From assembly GCF_006345805.1 (NCBI RefSeq), contig NC_043006.1, forward strand, positions 43,586,001 through 43,650,000: a stretch of DNA of 64,000 nucleotides, read 5' to 3'. The position numbers and the translations under genes were made by a program. Of this stretch, positions 12,156-25,284 are shown piece by piece. The stretch comes from Octopus sinensis (lineage: Eukaryota). Under the pieces are notes generated by a model that ran no database searches, had not been told where the DNA came from, and saw only the letters and a program-made list of their open reading frames with translations. Position 1 is the stretch's first letter; every line of letters begins with the position of its first letter.

Positions 12156-15033
12156 CTGCACCTAATAATACTAATTTCAATAAACATTTCATGAACAGAA
12201 AGTTATACGGACATCTGACATTTTCATAGTTAAAACACTGAATTTAGATGTTTATCATTGATAAACTGACAAAACAAAGGAAAAAGAAAAAAGGAAAAGG
12301 AAAGAAAATAACAGTATGGACCAAAGGCAACATGCTATGGTATAATAAATTCAAATGTTTGATGTGAGGTGTCTACATTGATGGAGGAAACGATTTATCA
12401 GTTGCTGAATGTCATAATATAGCGTTATTTTAATCCCATTTCAGGGACATTACTGGACATCTTTCACTGTAGCAAAATACTGAACTGAAGCTTAAGACCA
12501 TTGCCTGGTCTGTTTCAAAGTATTTTATTTGAGATGTTAATTACCATTTTAGGAATATCGAAGAAATCCTCTAAAGGTTAAAAGAGATGAATGAAAGATT
12601 TGGTGTCTTCAAATGTTGCAAACATTAATCATATTGGATCTTAGGGATAAAAAAGAAAAAGAGTAGTGTTGACAGAGGAAAGCCAAGGGAGAGATGGGTT
12701 TCTAAGAATGAAATATTTCAAGAATGTGTATCAGTACAGAAACATGAACATTAAATTGATGACAACAATGATAATGATTACAAAAGGAGTTGAGGATCAT
12801 AGTATTGATTTAGACTTGAAATAGTTAATGAGAAAGATTTGAGAATATAGCAAGGAGCCCCTAAACTATGAGAAATGTATGATATATATACTACATGAAG
12901 ATTCATTAGATGAAACATGCATTATGTGAAATGGATGTTTTATAAAGCACATGTAACGCAATTCATATTATATGAAGTCTGAGCTGTATATGATAAAGGA
13001 GTGTACATTGTGTTTGTCTGAGAAAGTGTACATTCTGTAAGTGTCTGATAAACTGTACCTAGTGGATATAGTTGATATAGTGTACCTAGTAGATATGTAT
13101 AAGGTTTAATAGAGCGTAAAATGTGTCTGTCTCATAAAATGTACATTGTTTCTGCTAAAGTATATAATGTACACATCTGATACAGTCCACAATGTGTGCA
13201 ACATTAAATATACAATATTTGTGTTCTATACAATGTACATTATGCATGTTACATGAAGTGTATGTTGTGTCTTATATAAAAAGTGTGATTTATGCTATAT
13301 GGTGTGTGTAAGGCTGTGTTTCTTATATGGAGAATACATTATATGAAGAATATATTAGCAACAGAGGCTGTATAAATACCGAGTGGTAATAACCCTGTGG
13401 ATATTCTGTTAGAACAAACTATACTGCAGTAGTTGCCACGAGAGAAACATTCATATTGGCTTTTTGGTGCAAAATGCACTCTTGTGTATATAGAAACAAT
13501 ATACACATTATCAGACAAACGTCCATGTTTAAGTGGGGATAAATACCTCTTGTTATATAGAATGTTGTTAGACATGGTATGGGAGACTGGTTAAGAAGTT
13601 TGTTTCACAACCACAGGGTTTTGGGTTCAAAACACACTGTGACATTTTGGGCAAGTGTCATTTACCATACATTTGGGTTGATCCATGCTTTGTGAAATTA
13701 GCAAGGTGAGCATTGACCAACAGCAACCTTTATATGTGATGTATGTTATATGGTATGTAATGACTATTATTCGTCACCATAGCTAACCTAAAGTCAGCTT
13801 ATGCCTAAACACTGCTTGGCACTGATATCACTGAAAACCATACAAGTGTGTGTGTGTGTGTGTGTGTACATACACACACAAAATGGACTTCTTTCAGTCT
13901 CTGTCTACCAAATCTACTCACAAGCCTTTGGCTGGCGTTGGACTGTAGAAAAAGACGCTTGCCCAAGGTGCCATGAAGTGAGACTAAACCGGAGACCGCA
14001 TGTTGCCTATAATCATTGGGGAACCAAGACTACATGGTGTATATAATTAAGGAGAAGTACGGATGCAGCAGAAAATAATATGTTAGGACGAGAACTGGAA
14101 CACGAAGTAGCTGAAAAGCACAAACTAGTCAGCTAAACCTAATTGGAGTCGTTAACTGGGATATCAAACCGTCAAAGTAATGAGATAGTGTACTAGTTAC
14201 TAAAACTTAAGAGAATAAAATATTGAATCTAACCGCAAAAAAAAAAGAGGAAAACAAAAGAAGGGAAGGAAAAATCAGTTATCACCATCAGTAAGTAAAA
14301 TGTATAAATTTATTTAGTTAGATTTCAATTGTTCTGCTTTGTAATTTATTTATTTATTTATTCATTAGATAGTTTGTGGAAGGAAACTATATTAGATTCA
14401 GGTTGCTGTCTTAAGCAATAAAATAATCAATTGATGTGTTGTTCTTTGGTACAATAGGAAACTAGTGGTTATTAATTTCTCCTAGAGAGACTCCTGAGCA
14501 AATTCTCTCATCTCAAAGGGTTCCCTAAGTTGGAAATATTCCAAAGTTTCGCTATTTAAGCTACTATAGACTCACGGTTGCATTTAATCTGAAGATGCTT
14601 ATATGCTTCTTTTTCTGTTATTTTTTCTTTCCTTTTTCCAGTTATTTTTTTTTTATATTTATATATTTTCATTATTTATTTGTATGTTCTTTTATACAAT
14701 TAGTTGCAATTTGAGGTGAAACAAAAATATATCTGAAGTTAAGAAAACTTACAGCTGCCCGAATTAAAGTCTGCTGCTAATCAAATAAACATCAGGTTTT
14801 TGGTCAAACAAAGGGGGTCAAAAGCTACTAAATAGGAACCAAATTCTTCAGTTACAACACTAAATAACTACTACAGATAACTCCTGTGCATACGTGCATT
14901 CACATGTAAACACACACACACATACATTCACCATCATTTATTTTTCGTTTTATATATGTGTGTGTGTGTATATTCACATACACAGCATTATATATATATA
15001 TGTATAATTTTATATGTAATTTTACATATATGT

Positions 15034-15420
15034 ATAGGTGCAGGTGTGGCTGTGGGTAAGTAGCTTGCTTCCTAGCCACATGGTTCCAGGTTCAGTTCCA
15101 CTGCGTGGCACCTTGGGTAAGTGTCTTCTACTATAGCCTCGGGCCGACCAAAGCCTTTTGAGTGGATTTGGTAGACGGAAACTGAAAGAAGCCTGTCGTG
15201 TTATATATGTGTGTGTGTGTGTTTTTGTGTCTGTGTCTTCCCCGCCACCATCGCTTGACACCAATGTTGGTGTGTTTATGTCCCCATAACTTAGTGGTTC
15301 GGTAAAAGAGACCGATAGAATAAGTACGAGGGTTATAAAGAATAAGTCCTGCAATTGATTTGTTTGACTAAAGGTGGTGCTCCAGCATGGCTACAGTCAA
15401 TTGACTGAAACAAGAACAAA
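15034..15420 (+). mobile_element. SINE family A, full-length
   Basis: Same head and second module as 2450-2890. Confidence 0.85.
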
Positions 15421-15509
15421 AGTAAAATAATTATATACATATATAAATATATATATATGTATACTTTTACATATAATTCTACATACATACATGTATACTT
15501 TTATATAAC

Positions 15510-15865
15510 TTGACTCCGTTGGTCACAAATGACCATGAGTGCACCTAAGAGGTTCCCTGCTGAGGTGTAAGTCTGGACAGAAAGTCATCAGACTGGCAAA
15601 TGCACAACCTAGGGTTGTTTTAACCAGCAGTTACCCATGCAGCCCAGTGTCCTCTCTCCTCACCACAGATGTTATCCAAGGGCAAGGCAAAGGGGCCGAT
15701 ACAGCTGGGTACCAGTGACATCACACTCTATGGCTAAGTGAACTGAAGCAATGTGAAATAAAGTTTCTTGCTCAAGAACACAACACACAGCCCAGTCCGG
15801 GAATCGAACTCACCACTTCATGATCGCATGCTCGACACTCTAACCACTGAACCATATGCTTTCAC
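15510..15865 (-). mobile_element. tRNA-derived SINE, family D (related fragment at about 39290-39420)
   Basis: Minus-strand head ...catatggttcagtggttagagtgtcgagc...gagttcgattcccgg..., followed by ttcttgagcaagaaactttatttcacattgc. Confidence 0.65.
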
Positions 15866-15873
15866 ATAATTAT

Positions 15874-15906
<33 letters not shown>

Positions 15907-16038
15907 GTAAAAAGGTTGAATTAGATTCATCCTGTAATTTGGAGGTTTCCATAAAAGGATTTCTAATATAGATTCTTCGTATTTTGCTGATAGCTTACTG
16001 GTGTAAAGTTGTGAATATGAAAATAATACTTGTACATT

Positions 16039-16429
16039 TGTTGTGAATTCATGGAAAGAAATCCCATAAAACTCAACAATTTTCATGAATTTAGTTTTAG
16101 TTAATACCTAACTGGACTCACACATATCTTTCTTTCTCATAAGGATAAATATGAATCTCCTAGATCCAATTTTCCGTTTTCCTTTCTCAAGTTCTTTGAA
16201 AAAAAAATTTGTTTATACTTCTTGCACTGTAGAGTAGAGTGATATATAATTAATTTAATTTAATCTAATCAATTTAATTAATTCTATTCGACAATGAATT
16301 TGTATGATTCTTATATCGCTGTATGAAATTAGTGTCTGCATGAATTAGAATTCTCTTATATATTTTCTCTTCTCCATTTTTATCAAAATTGTTGAGTTTT
16401 ATTGGATTTCTTTCCATAAATTCACAACA
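16039..16429. mobile_element. MITE-like element with 45-bp terminal inverted repeats
   Basis: 16039-16083 tgttgtgaattcatggaaagaaatcccataaaactcaacaatttt matches the reverse complement of 16385-16429 with 2 mismatches. AT-rich non-coding interior; no clear TSD. Confidence 0.65.
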
Positions 16430-16462
16430 CACCATATACAAGTGTGTGTGTGTGTGTGGATG

Positions 16463-16688
16463 TCTCTTTACTCTTTTTACTCGTTTCAGTCATTTGACTG
16501 TGGCCGTGCTGGAGCACCGCCTTTAGTCGAGCAAATCAACTCCAGGGCTTATACTTTGTAAACCTAGTACTTATTCTATCAGTCTCTTTTTGCCGAACTG
16601 CTAAGTTACGGGAATGTAAACATACCAGCATCGGTTGTCAAGTGATGTTGGGGGACAAACACAGACACACAAACATATAGACACACAC

Positions 16689-16768
<80 letters not shown>

Positions 16769-16873
16769 ATATATATAATAGAAGACACTTGCCCAAGGTG
16801 CCACGCAGTGGTACTGAACCCGGAACCATGTGGTTGGTAAGCAAGCTACTTACCACACAGCCATTCCTGCGCC
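16463..16873 (-). mobile_element. SINE family A, full-length with expanded (TA)n
   Basis: Reverse complement of the family A consensus; part of the head is deleted at the TA tract. Confidence 0.85.
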
Positions 16874-17211
16874 TATAAGTATACTTTTATATATAATTCT
16901 ACATATATATGTATAATTTTATATACAATTATATATATATATATATATAATATTTTATGTATATAATTTTATGCACATAAACACACACCTCCTCACGGCT
17001 GCTATTAAACAACACCAAACTCCGAACTAAACTTCAATCACAGAAAACAGAAAAGTGTCACCGATAATAAAAATGACTGCTTGTGTATGCTTTGTGTGTG
17101 TGTGGGTGTGTGTGAGTGTAATATACACACAGAGTGAGTAATATCTGAAGTAGCCACTATGGAGGAAAGGACTCAAGATGTGAAAATCACAGAGAATAAA
17201 TATTTGTTTGT

Positions 17212-17330
17212 AAATTTAATGATTGGTGACAAATTGCAGAATGTTTCCTTCTTATTGACCATTTTCAAACTAGTTTAACAAGATCAATAGGGTCGAAACA
17301 TTCTGCGGTTTGTCATTAATCATTAAATTT
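17212..17330. repeat. Short imperfect palindrome (arms of about 36-48 bp)
   Basis: aaatttaatgattggtgacaaattgcagaatgtttc pairs with gaaacattctgcggtttgtcattaatcattaaattt (4 mismatches). Inner tattgacc/gatcaata also pair. Confidence 0.7.
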
Positions 17331-17540
17331 CATAAACATATAATTTATAAATGTATAATTTTAAAAGGTGGATAGATGTAAACCTGATATATTTACCAAT
17401 ACTCTGAGACTGTGGCCAAATGTAAACATATGCCTACAGTTATCATCTTCATACACGCAAATATATATGTGCACACGTGTCCATCTATGTATGTGTGCGC
17501 GCATTTGTGTGTATATATATATATACACACACACTCATAC

Positions 17541-17838
17541 ACACATAAATATATAACATATATACACATGGGTATGTGTATATTTTGTGTGTGCATGTGC
17601 ATATGTCCATGTACACGCACACATGCACACACACACACACACATAAATATATAACAACATATATACACATGGGTATGTGTATATTTTGTGTGTGCATGTG
17701 CATATGTCCATGTACACGCACACATGCACACACACACACACATAAATATATAACATATATACACATGGGTATGTGTATATTTTGTGTGTGCATGTGCATA
17801 TGTCCATGTACACGCACACGCACGCATGCACACACACA

Positions 17839-17850
<12 letters not shown>
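17541..17850. repeat. Minisatellite, 3 x about 98-99 bp, built from microsatellite-like sequence
   Basis: acacataaatatataacatatatacacatgggtatgtgtatattttgtgtgtgcatgtgcatatgtccatgtacacgcac... starts at 17541, 17639 and 17738. Confidence 0.92.
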
Positions 17851-17869
<19 letters not shown>

Positions 17870-20800
17870 ATTGAAAATCCACTGATCAATATTTTTGCTA
17901 CAAGTTGTTGGCTGATTTATGATGTTTTAAATGAATTTTGGCACTTGATAAAAATAATTCATTGCCATTTTGGTGATGGTTTAAGATCGAAAGCCAAAAA
18001 TCTACAACTTTGATTATTGGTACCATAATTTATAGTACTTCACAGCATACACCATTACCGAGTACTAACTGGTGGATGAGAGAAAAGAGAAAAATTAAAA
18101 ACCAAATCAGAAAATGAGGATTGAACCTGTGTGGTTTGTTTCAGTTGAAGACAAACCAAAGGCACCAACAATTAGGTCATTTCAGAAGATATTTCAAAGC
18201 TTTTGAAGATGAAACACTAAATTTTTCTAAGGTTATCCTAACAACCTTACTGGTTGCTATCAATAAATTGAAAATACAACAGTGGTAGCAGGAAGCAAAA
18301 TGCATGTCGATATGTCAAAATGGGAGACAAGATGTCTAACACATATCCAATTTTACTTGTATATCTGATATAACCTCAAAATAAAAGTGGTTTAAATATT
18401 TGCAGCTAAATCTAATTGCCTAGCTATATCTCTCTCTTCATTTCTCACCTTTGACATAATCTGTTTTAGCCTGAAACAACTTAAGCTCCAAAAACTTAAT
18501 TTCTCATCTAACTATTGAGCACGTGATCGTAAAATGTTGCCAATACAAACTGCACTTTACATCAAAAGGGAACAGTCAATGGTTGATAGGAATAACAAAT
18601 TAACAGACAGATAAAATATGAAAATTACTGGCCAGAAACAATAAAAATTGATTTCTGTCTTAGCAATATAAACCAACCAGTATGATCCCGATTTCTCTTG
18701 TTAGACACTCGTCTATTGATCGCGCCGGTCAAACTACTACAGGTATGGTGTTAGTAATATATATTTACCACACTAGCTTGAACTTAATTCTGCTTGCAAA
18801 ATACAACAGTATTTTTATCGATCTTTCCAGTTTTCTTTCCTTTCTTTCAATATTCTTTGCAAGTGTGTCTTTTACTTTTTGATATTTCTCATAATCTCCA
18901 TCATCACTAGTTTTAGATCTATCTAGCGATGCATGATAAAAATAGAATGGTTCTGCAAATTTTTAATATTTGCACATTGATTAGAAGAGTAAAGGGAATG
19001 TTTTTGCAGTTGAGTTCACACATTACTCGTTGTCAGACAGACACAACCACGTAAGTAATGTAGCATGTTTTTCCAAGAGGTACAGACACAATATAATATA
19101 ATGTGTAGTTAAGGTTTGAACTCATCACTTTAAAATAACATAAGCAATTACACTCTGACCTTAATAGCATACATTATTGTTAAAAATAAAAAAATATTAA
19201 ATAAATTTGCATGCTCTATAAACTTAGTCCCCATTAAAGACACGGCTAGAAGAGGAAGGAAAGCAGGAGAGTAGTTTTGCGATACAAAAACTGGTAATGT
19301 TATTAAATTGCCAAGAATATTGCAACGGTCAAGTCAAAGTGCTTTTACAAGTTACATTTAATCATATAAATGTAAATGAATCAAGTAAATTAAGGAAGGA
19401 ACATCAATATTGATGCAAATATAATCGAAAATAAAACAAATGTGACTGAAAGTAATTAATAAACTAATCATGTTCTAGCAATTAACAATCTAAGTAGTAT
19501 GATCCACCTGAATTTCTTAAGAAGCACAACTCTAAATAACATTTATAGGAAGGAATATAGCAATATAAAGTGGCGATATTAGACAAATCAGAGAAACTGA
19601 AAATATGCGTGCGAAGGTGGGAAGGAGAAAGGATGTCGTTTATGTTTATGGCGAGAAAGTGTGCGTGTGTTTGTGCATCTGCACATGCATGCATGCATGT
19701 GTGCATGAGTAGAAGTACACAAAGTACTGCATGTAAATTTTTCGAGACATACAATAAGAAATCTGTAATACAAGATATTAACATTTCAGAGAGAAAAGTG
19801 AATTAAGAAAGGACAGGAATTATAGTATTTCCGAGGTTAAAATAGATGATGAGGGTGACAACAATAATGATGATTATGACAACGATGACGACGATGACAA
19901 CTGCACTGATGATGACGATGACGATAATAGTTTAAAGTGGAACTGGCATAATTATCTGCAATCACTATGAAACAGCATATAGCAATGCTGTTTCGTCTAG
20001 TCATAAGTCTGAAGGAATGAAGAATAATTAACTGTGACTCACGAAAGACACACTAACTCCGATTTCAAAACAAAGATCGGAGGTATGTAAAGAGGGAGAG
20101 GAGAGTGGGAGGGAGGGGGGTCGCTGTCTGCCATGTTGGGGTTCCATAGTCTGCTTGCTGTAGACAGAGAGGGGCAGAAAGAGAAAGAAAAATGTTGGGG
20201 AAGATGTATGATGTGACAAGGAGAGGCAGGGCACAGGGTAGAGGAGGGCAGGGTAGAGTGAAGCAAAGGGCTCAATGCTAGAAAACAATTTGCTCAGAGA
20301 AGAACATTTGTCTGCGTTAGGCTTGCTCCTATTCCCAACCTTGCTCCTCCAAGAGTTTCAATGGCGGCTGTTGGCTCTGGCTCTGGTGCCGCATCATTAA
20401 TCATTTCAGCTAACGATGAGATATAATGCAGCTGTATGAACGGGGAACCCACCACCATACAATGAAGAACAATTCCAGTCATGGAATGGTGTGTGAAGAT
20501 TCTAAAGGCGTAAAAGGGTGGCAAGGGGGTGGGGGAGAAAAACAAAACAAAAATAGTACCCCACCACCACCACCACCACCACAAAAAACAACAAAAAAAC
20601 TGAAAAACAATTGAGAGACTTAAAAACAAGAGACTAAAACACTGCCCTTACAAAAAAAAAAAGAAAATTAAAAAGGATAACTAGTTGTTGCTCACACAAT
20701 ACATACAATAAATATTAGGAGGTGGGTAGATTATAAACAGACGTAAACAAACAAACAAACAAAGGTCAAATGTTTTAAATAAAAGGTTGCCCTTTAATGA

Positions 20801-20904
20801 ACTTGCACTCTTGTGGAAAAGCGGAAGGCTGGAAAAATATTCCAGCACAGCTCACACTTGTAGCACACTGTAACAGCAGCACTGGTGCTGCCACAATGCC
20901 ACCG

Positions 20905-21115
20905 CCCCTACCACTACCACTACCACTGCCACCACCACCACCATCATCATCTTCATCACCACTACTACCACCACCATCATCATCATCGTCATCACCACCA
21001 CCACCACCACCACCACTACCATCATCATCACCACCACCACCAGCAGCATCATCACCATCATCTTCATCATCATCATCATCACCACCACCACCACCATCAT
21101 CATCATCTTCATCAA
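20905..21115. repeat. (CAC)/(CAT)/(CTA) trinucleotide compound repeat
   Basis: Gives poly-His, poly-Pro/Ser, poly-Gly/Asp and poly-Met/Val ORFs in several frames on both strands. Confidence 0.92.
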
Positions 21116-21763
21116 AATCATTTCCCCGAGTTTTCATTTTTACACAAAGCGCAAGTTTATGTTGTCAGAGGCAAAACAGCGAAGCCAGAATAAAGAGCAT
21201 CTGCTTACATTTCGATAATTTCTGATATTGCAAAGAATCACTGGAACTATCCAATGATATAAATAAATGAATGAATGAATGGTACCTTCGGTAAACAACT
21301 ACGATTGGATACAGTAAAACGAAAGTAACTAAATGAGGTGGAAAAATGATACACTTATCTAATTTACCAATCATAGTTGGCATTATTTCCACATGATATT
21401 TTATTTTCTTATGATTCATTAGTCAAATGAGACAGACCCAGATGTCCCGGCAGAGGAGAGGTAGTGGGATGACTAAATAAACTGACCAACCACCAAACAA
21501 CAAATCAACCAAATGACCAACCAACAACCAAACAAACAAACAAGAAGTTATGCCTGTTCAAGCAGAGCATCATACCTCAGGATAGGGATGATGGTGATGG
21601 TGGTAGTGGTGGTGGTGGTGTTGGCGGTAGCAATGAAAGTGGTGGTAATAGTATTGGGGGTGTTGGTGGAAGGTTCTGGCAAACTCAAGAACACACACAA
21701 ATAAATAAACACACACAGTACCAGAAGCCAGTGAGTAAAGCAAACAAAGCCAAAAGTTACGTT

Positions 21764-21821
<58 letters not shown>

Positions 21822-22116
21822 CAATGAAAATGGCATCAACAACAACAATAATAACCATTAAAAAACCCAAAGATTACAATATTAAAACTAACTAGAATTT
21901 TAGAAAAGGATGGACGGATGACACATTAAAATAGAAAATAAATATTTCATTTCTCATTGATCTTTTGCCAAATGATTTATGCAAGAGAGAGAGAGAGAAG
22001 GAGAGAGAGAGAGAGAAGGGGAGAGAGAGAGAGAGAGAGAGGTAGTAGGTTAAGAAGTAGTGGAGATAGACAGAGAGAAAGGTTGAGAAGAAAGAGCAAG
22101 CAAGCAAGAATGAGAG

Positions 22117-22231
<115 letters not shown>

Positions 22232-22884
22232 GTGAAATGGAAGTAGGTTTATAAGTAGGACTGAAACATAATTAGAGAAAACATAATAATTTTATGATGT
22301 ATGCGTGTAGTTTTATTATTCATAATTTAGTATTTATAATTAAGAACATTATTATTATCATTTTTTCCAGCCTTTTTCTTTCACCTTCAGCTTAACAGTT
22401 TCACTGTGTCTAGACTATTTCCTAACGTTCAGTGTTTGTTTCATTTCATTGTTATTTGCTCTTTTGTTTCATTTTCTGTCTTTCAAGTTTTTATTATTAC
22501 AACATTTACAGAGTATTAGTGTACGCTGCATACAATTAGAATTAGAGAAATGCGAAGAGACAAAAGGAAATTTAATAATTTGTATTACATGTGTGTGTGT
22601 GCATGTGTGTATCCAATTTATCTAGTCAACTGGAACCAAAACTACACACACACACACCGTGTGTGTGTGTGTGAAAATAGTGAATGGAATACCATAGAAC
22701 CAAATGAAATAAGTTCAATGTTCGTTTATGTGTGTGCATATCTTGTAGACATACATGCAGATATATATATATATACACACACAAATATAATTATATATAC
22801 TTATATATATATATATCACACACACAGATATTATGTATTCACGCATAAATACATGTATGTGTATAACACACACTTTTGTCTACC

Positions 22885-22922
<38 letters not shown>

Positions 22923-23094
22923 TGTATATATATATGTGTGTGTATGTATATCTGCCATCATTTAATGTCTATTTTTCCATGCTTACATGTGTGTGTACAC
23001 ACATGCACAAACACACAAACATACATCTAAATGTACACAGATACACACACATCTAAATGCATACACATAATCATCTATTCACATATATAACAAT

Positions 23095-23129
<35 letters not shown>

Positions 23130-24329
23130 TGCATACCTACATATATGCACAAACACATGGCTACATATATGTAACATGTGGATATATACATAAATACACA
23201 CATGATATACATACATACACACACACACATATATACATACACACATAACTACATATAAATATATATATATACACATCTACATATGTGTGTGTATATACAC
23301 ACACATATATATATAAAGTAGATAATGAATGTGTAAGTAAAAATCCCATTATATACGCACACAGGCATGTAGCTTTTACTGACGAACTCATCATCTACTT
23401 TTTACATATAAGTCTATTCAATCCCAAAATGTCAACACTTCCTGCCAGGCACATATATTTACATACAGAAAACTCCACAAAAACCAGAAGATCTCTTGCA
23501 GTGAAGAACCCATCACCTATTCACATTTAAAAGCCCTTCCAAATACAAAATAACCACCTGAAGAAAAATAAATCTACAAAGCACAAAACACCTCATTCAT
23601 AAACAAACACATTCAGCTAGAATCAATCATACTCCCTATCAATGGGTGTAGAATTAAACAGTATCTGATGCCCTCTTGCGGAAACCAAAAATATATTGAA
23701 GAGCCAATATTGAACCAGAGAGGGACGAGTTTCTTTTTTTTCTTTTTTCTTTTTCCAGAGTCAGAAAGAGATTGATAAACGCAAGGCTAACATATACACT
23801 ACCGTCAGAAATTAATTAGCACCCTTCATTTGCTCTTCACTCAAGGTATGTGCTGTCACCTAGTGGCCATATCTCGAACTATTGCTTTGTTGCGAGTTCA
23901 CTGTTGCGCAGAATGATGACGTAACTTTGTTTGCAGAGCAGTTTGAGAGTCTACAGCCTTATGATGTTGACATAGCAGTGCAACAACTTGGAGTGCGGAT
24001 GCAGACAAACTTCCTTTGTTTAATAGATATAGGTAGCGCCTCGCAAAGACCGAAATCACACCATACTAAGTTTTCTCATCGCGTAAGACGTTTTGAACAG
24101 CTCATAGGTTAATTGATTTAACCTATTTAATGTAGAAATTTGAGAAGTGCTAATTAATTTCTGACGCAAGTGTACATGTAAATGTGTACATGAATGCATA
24201 GAGTGTGTGTGTGTGTGTGTGTTGTGTGTATGGTGTCCAGATGTGGCCAAACGATTCAGGAGTTGACTTTACAAACATGATGGCCCAAGCTGGATCCCAC
24301 TTCAGAAAACTTTTTATTTTTGTTTCTTT

Positions 24330-25219
24330 TTGCTTTTCTTTCCAGTCACATGACTGCAGCCATGCTAGAGCACTGGTTTGAAAGGTCCAATTGACCAAAT
24401 CGACCCAGTACTTTTTATTCTTCAGGTCTGGCACATCTACCAGTCTCTTTTGCCAAACTGCTAAGCTATGGGGACATAAACAAACCAGCATTGGTTGTCA
24501 AGTGGTAGGATGGGAACAAACATACCCACACACATACACTAGGCTTCCACACAGTTTCTGTCAATCAAATTCACTCCCAAGGCATTGGTCAGTACAAAGT
24601 GCCATGTAGTGAGATTGAACCAGAAACCACATGGTAGCAAAGCAAGCTTCTTAAAAACACAATCATTGAATAGACATCCTTAAAACTAAAGATTTGATCC
24701 ACTTGCACACATTTCTTCTAACATAAGCTCAAGCTGGTCAACTTGAGCCTATGGTTGTAAAATTTAGTAGATAGAAAACGCACAGCCAATTACACACGCT
24801 CACACAAATTTTTTACTTGTTTCAGTCACTGGACTCTGGCCATTTTGGGGGCACTGCCCTGAAGAATTTTTTTTTTTTTTTTGGGGGGGGGGGGGGTCAT
24901 TTTTTTTTCTCTGTTCTTTGAGTCTGGTACTTATTCTATCACTCTCTTTTGCTGAACTGCTAAGTCACCGGGACATAAACACACTAGCACTAGTCATCAA
25001 GTGGTGGGGTGGAGTAGGGGAAGAAACACAAATAGACACACACAAACATACACACACACATATGATGGGCTTCTTTTCAGTTTCCATCTACCAAATCCAC
25101 TAACAAGGCTTTGGTTGGCCTGAGGCTATAATAAAAGACACTTGCCCAAGGTACCATGCAGTGGGACTGAACCCAGAACCATGTGGTTGGGAAGCATGCA
25201 TCTTACCACAAACCACACC

Positions 25220-25220
<1 letters not shown>
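24330..25220 (-). mobile_element. Two adjacent SINE family A copies (about 24330-24660 and 24805-25220)
   Basis: Each shows cagtca...gactg...gccat...ctgctaag...gtcaag...ttcc...ctaccaaat/caatcaaat...cccaagg...gaaccag...accatgtgg/accacatgg. Confidence 0.75.

Positions 25221-25284
<64 letters not shown>

Noticed and set aside
13339-13575. ORF ending RISTGLLPLGIYTASVA, loosely like CNH RITKDVVLQWGEMPTSVA
   Set aside because: The invariant QWGE is absent and there are no matching splice sites; chance similarity.
20775-21225. Long poly-Pro/Ser, poly-His and poly-Gly/Asp ORFs
   Set aside because: A trinucleotide repeat keeps several frames open on both strands. No unique coding content or convincing exon boundaries.
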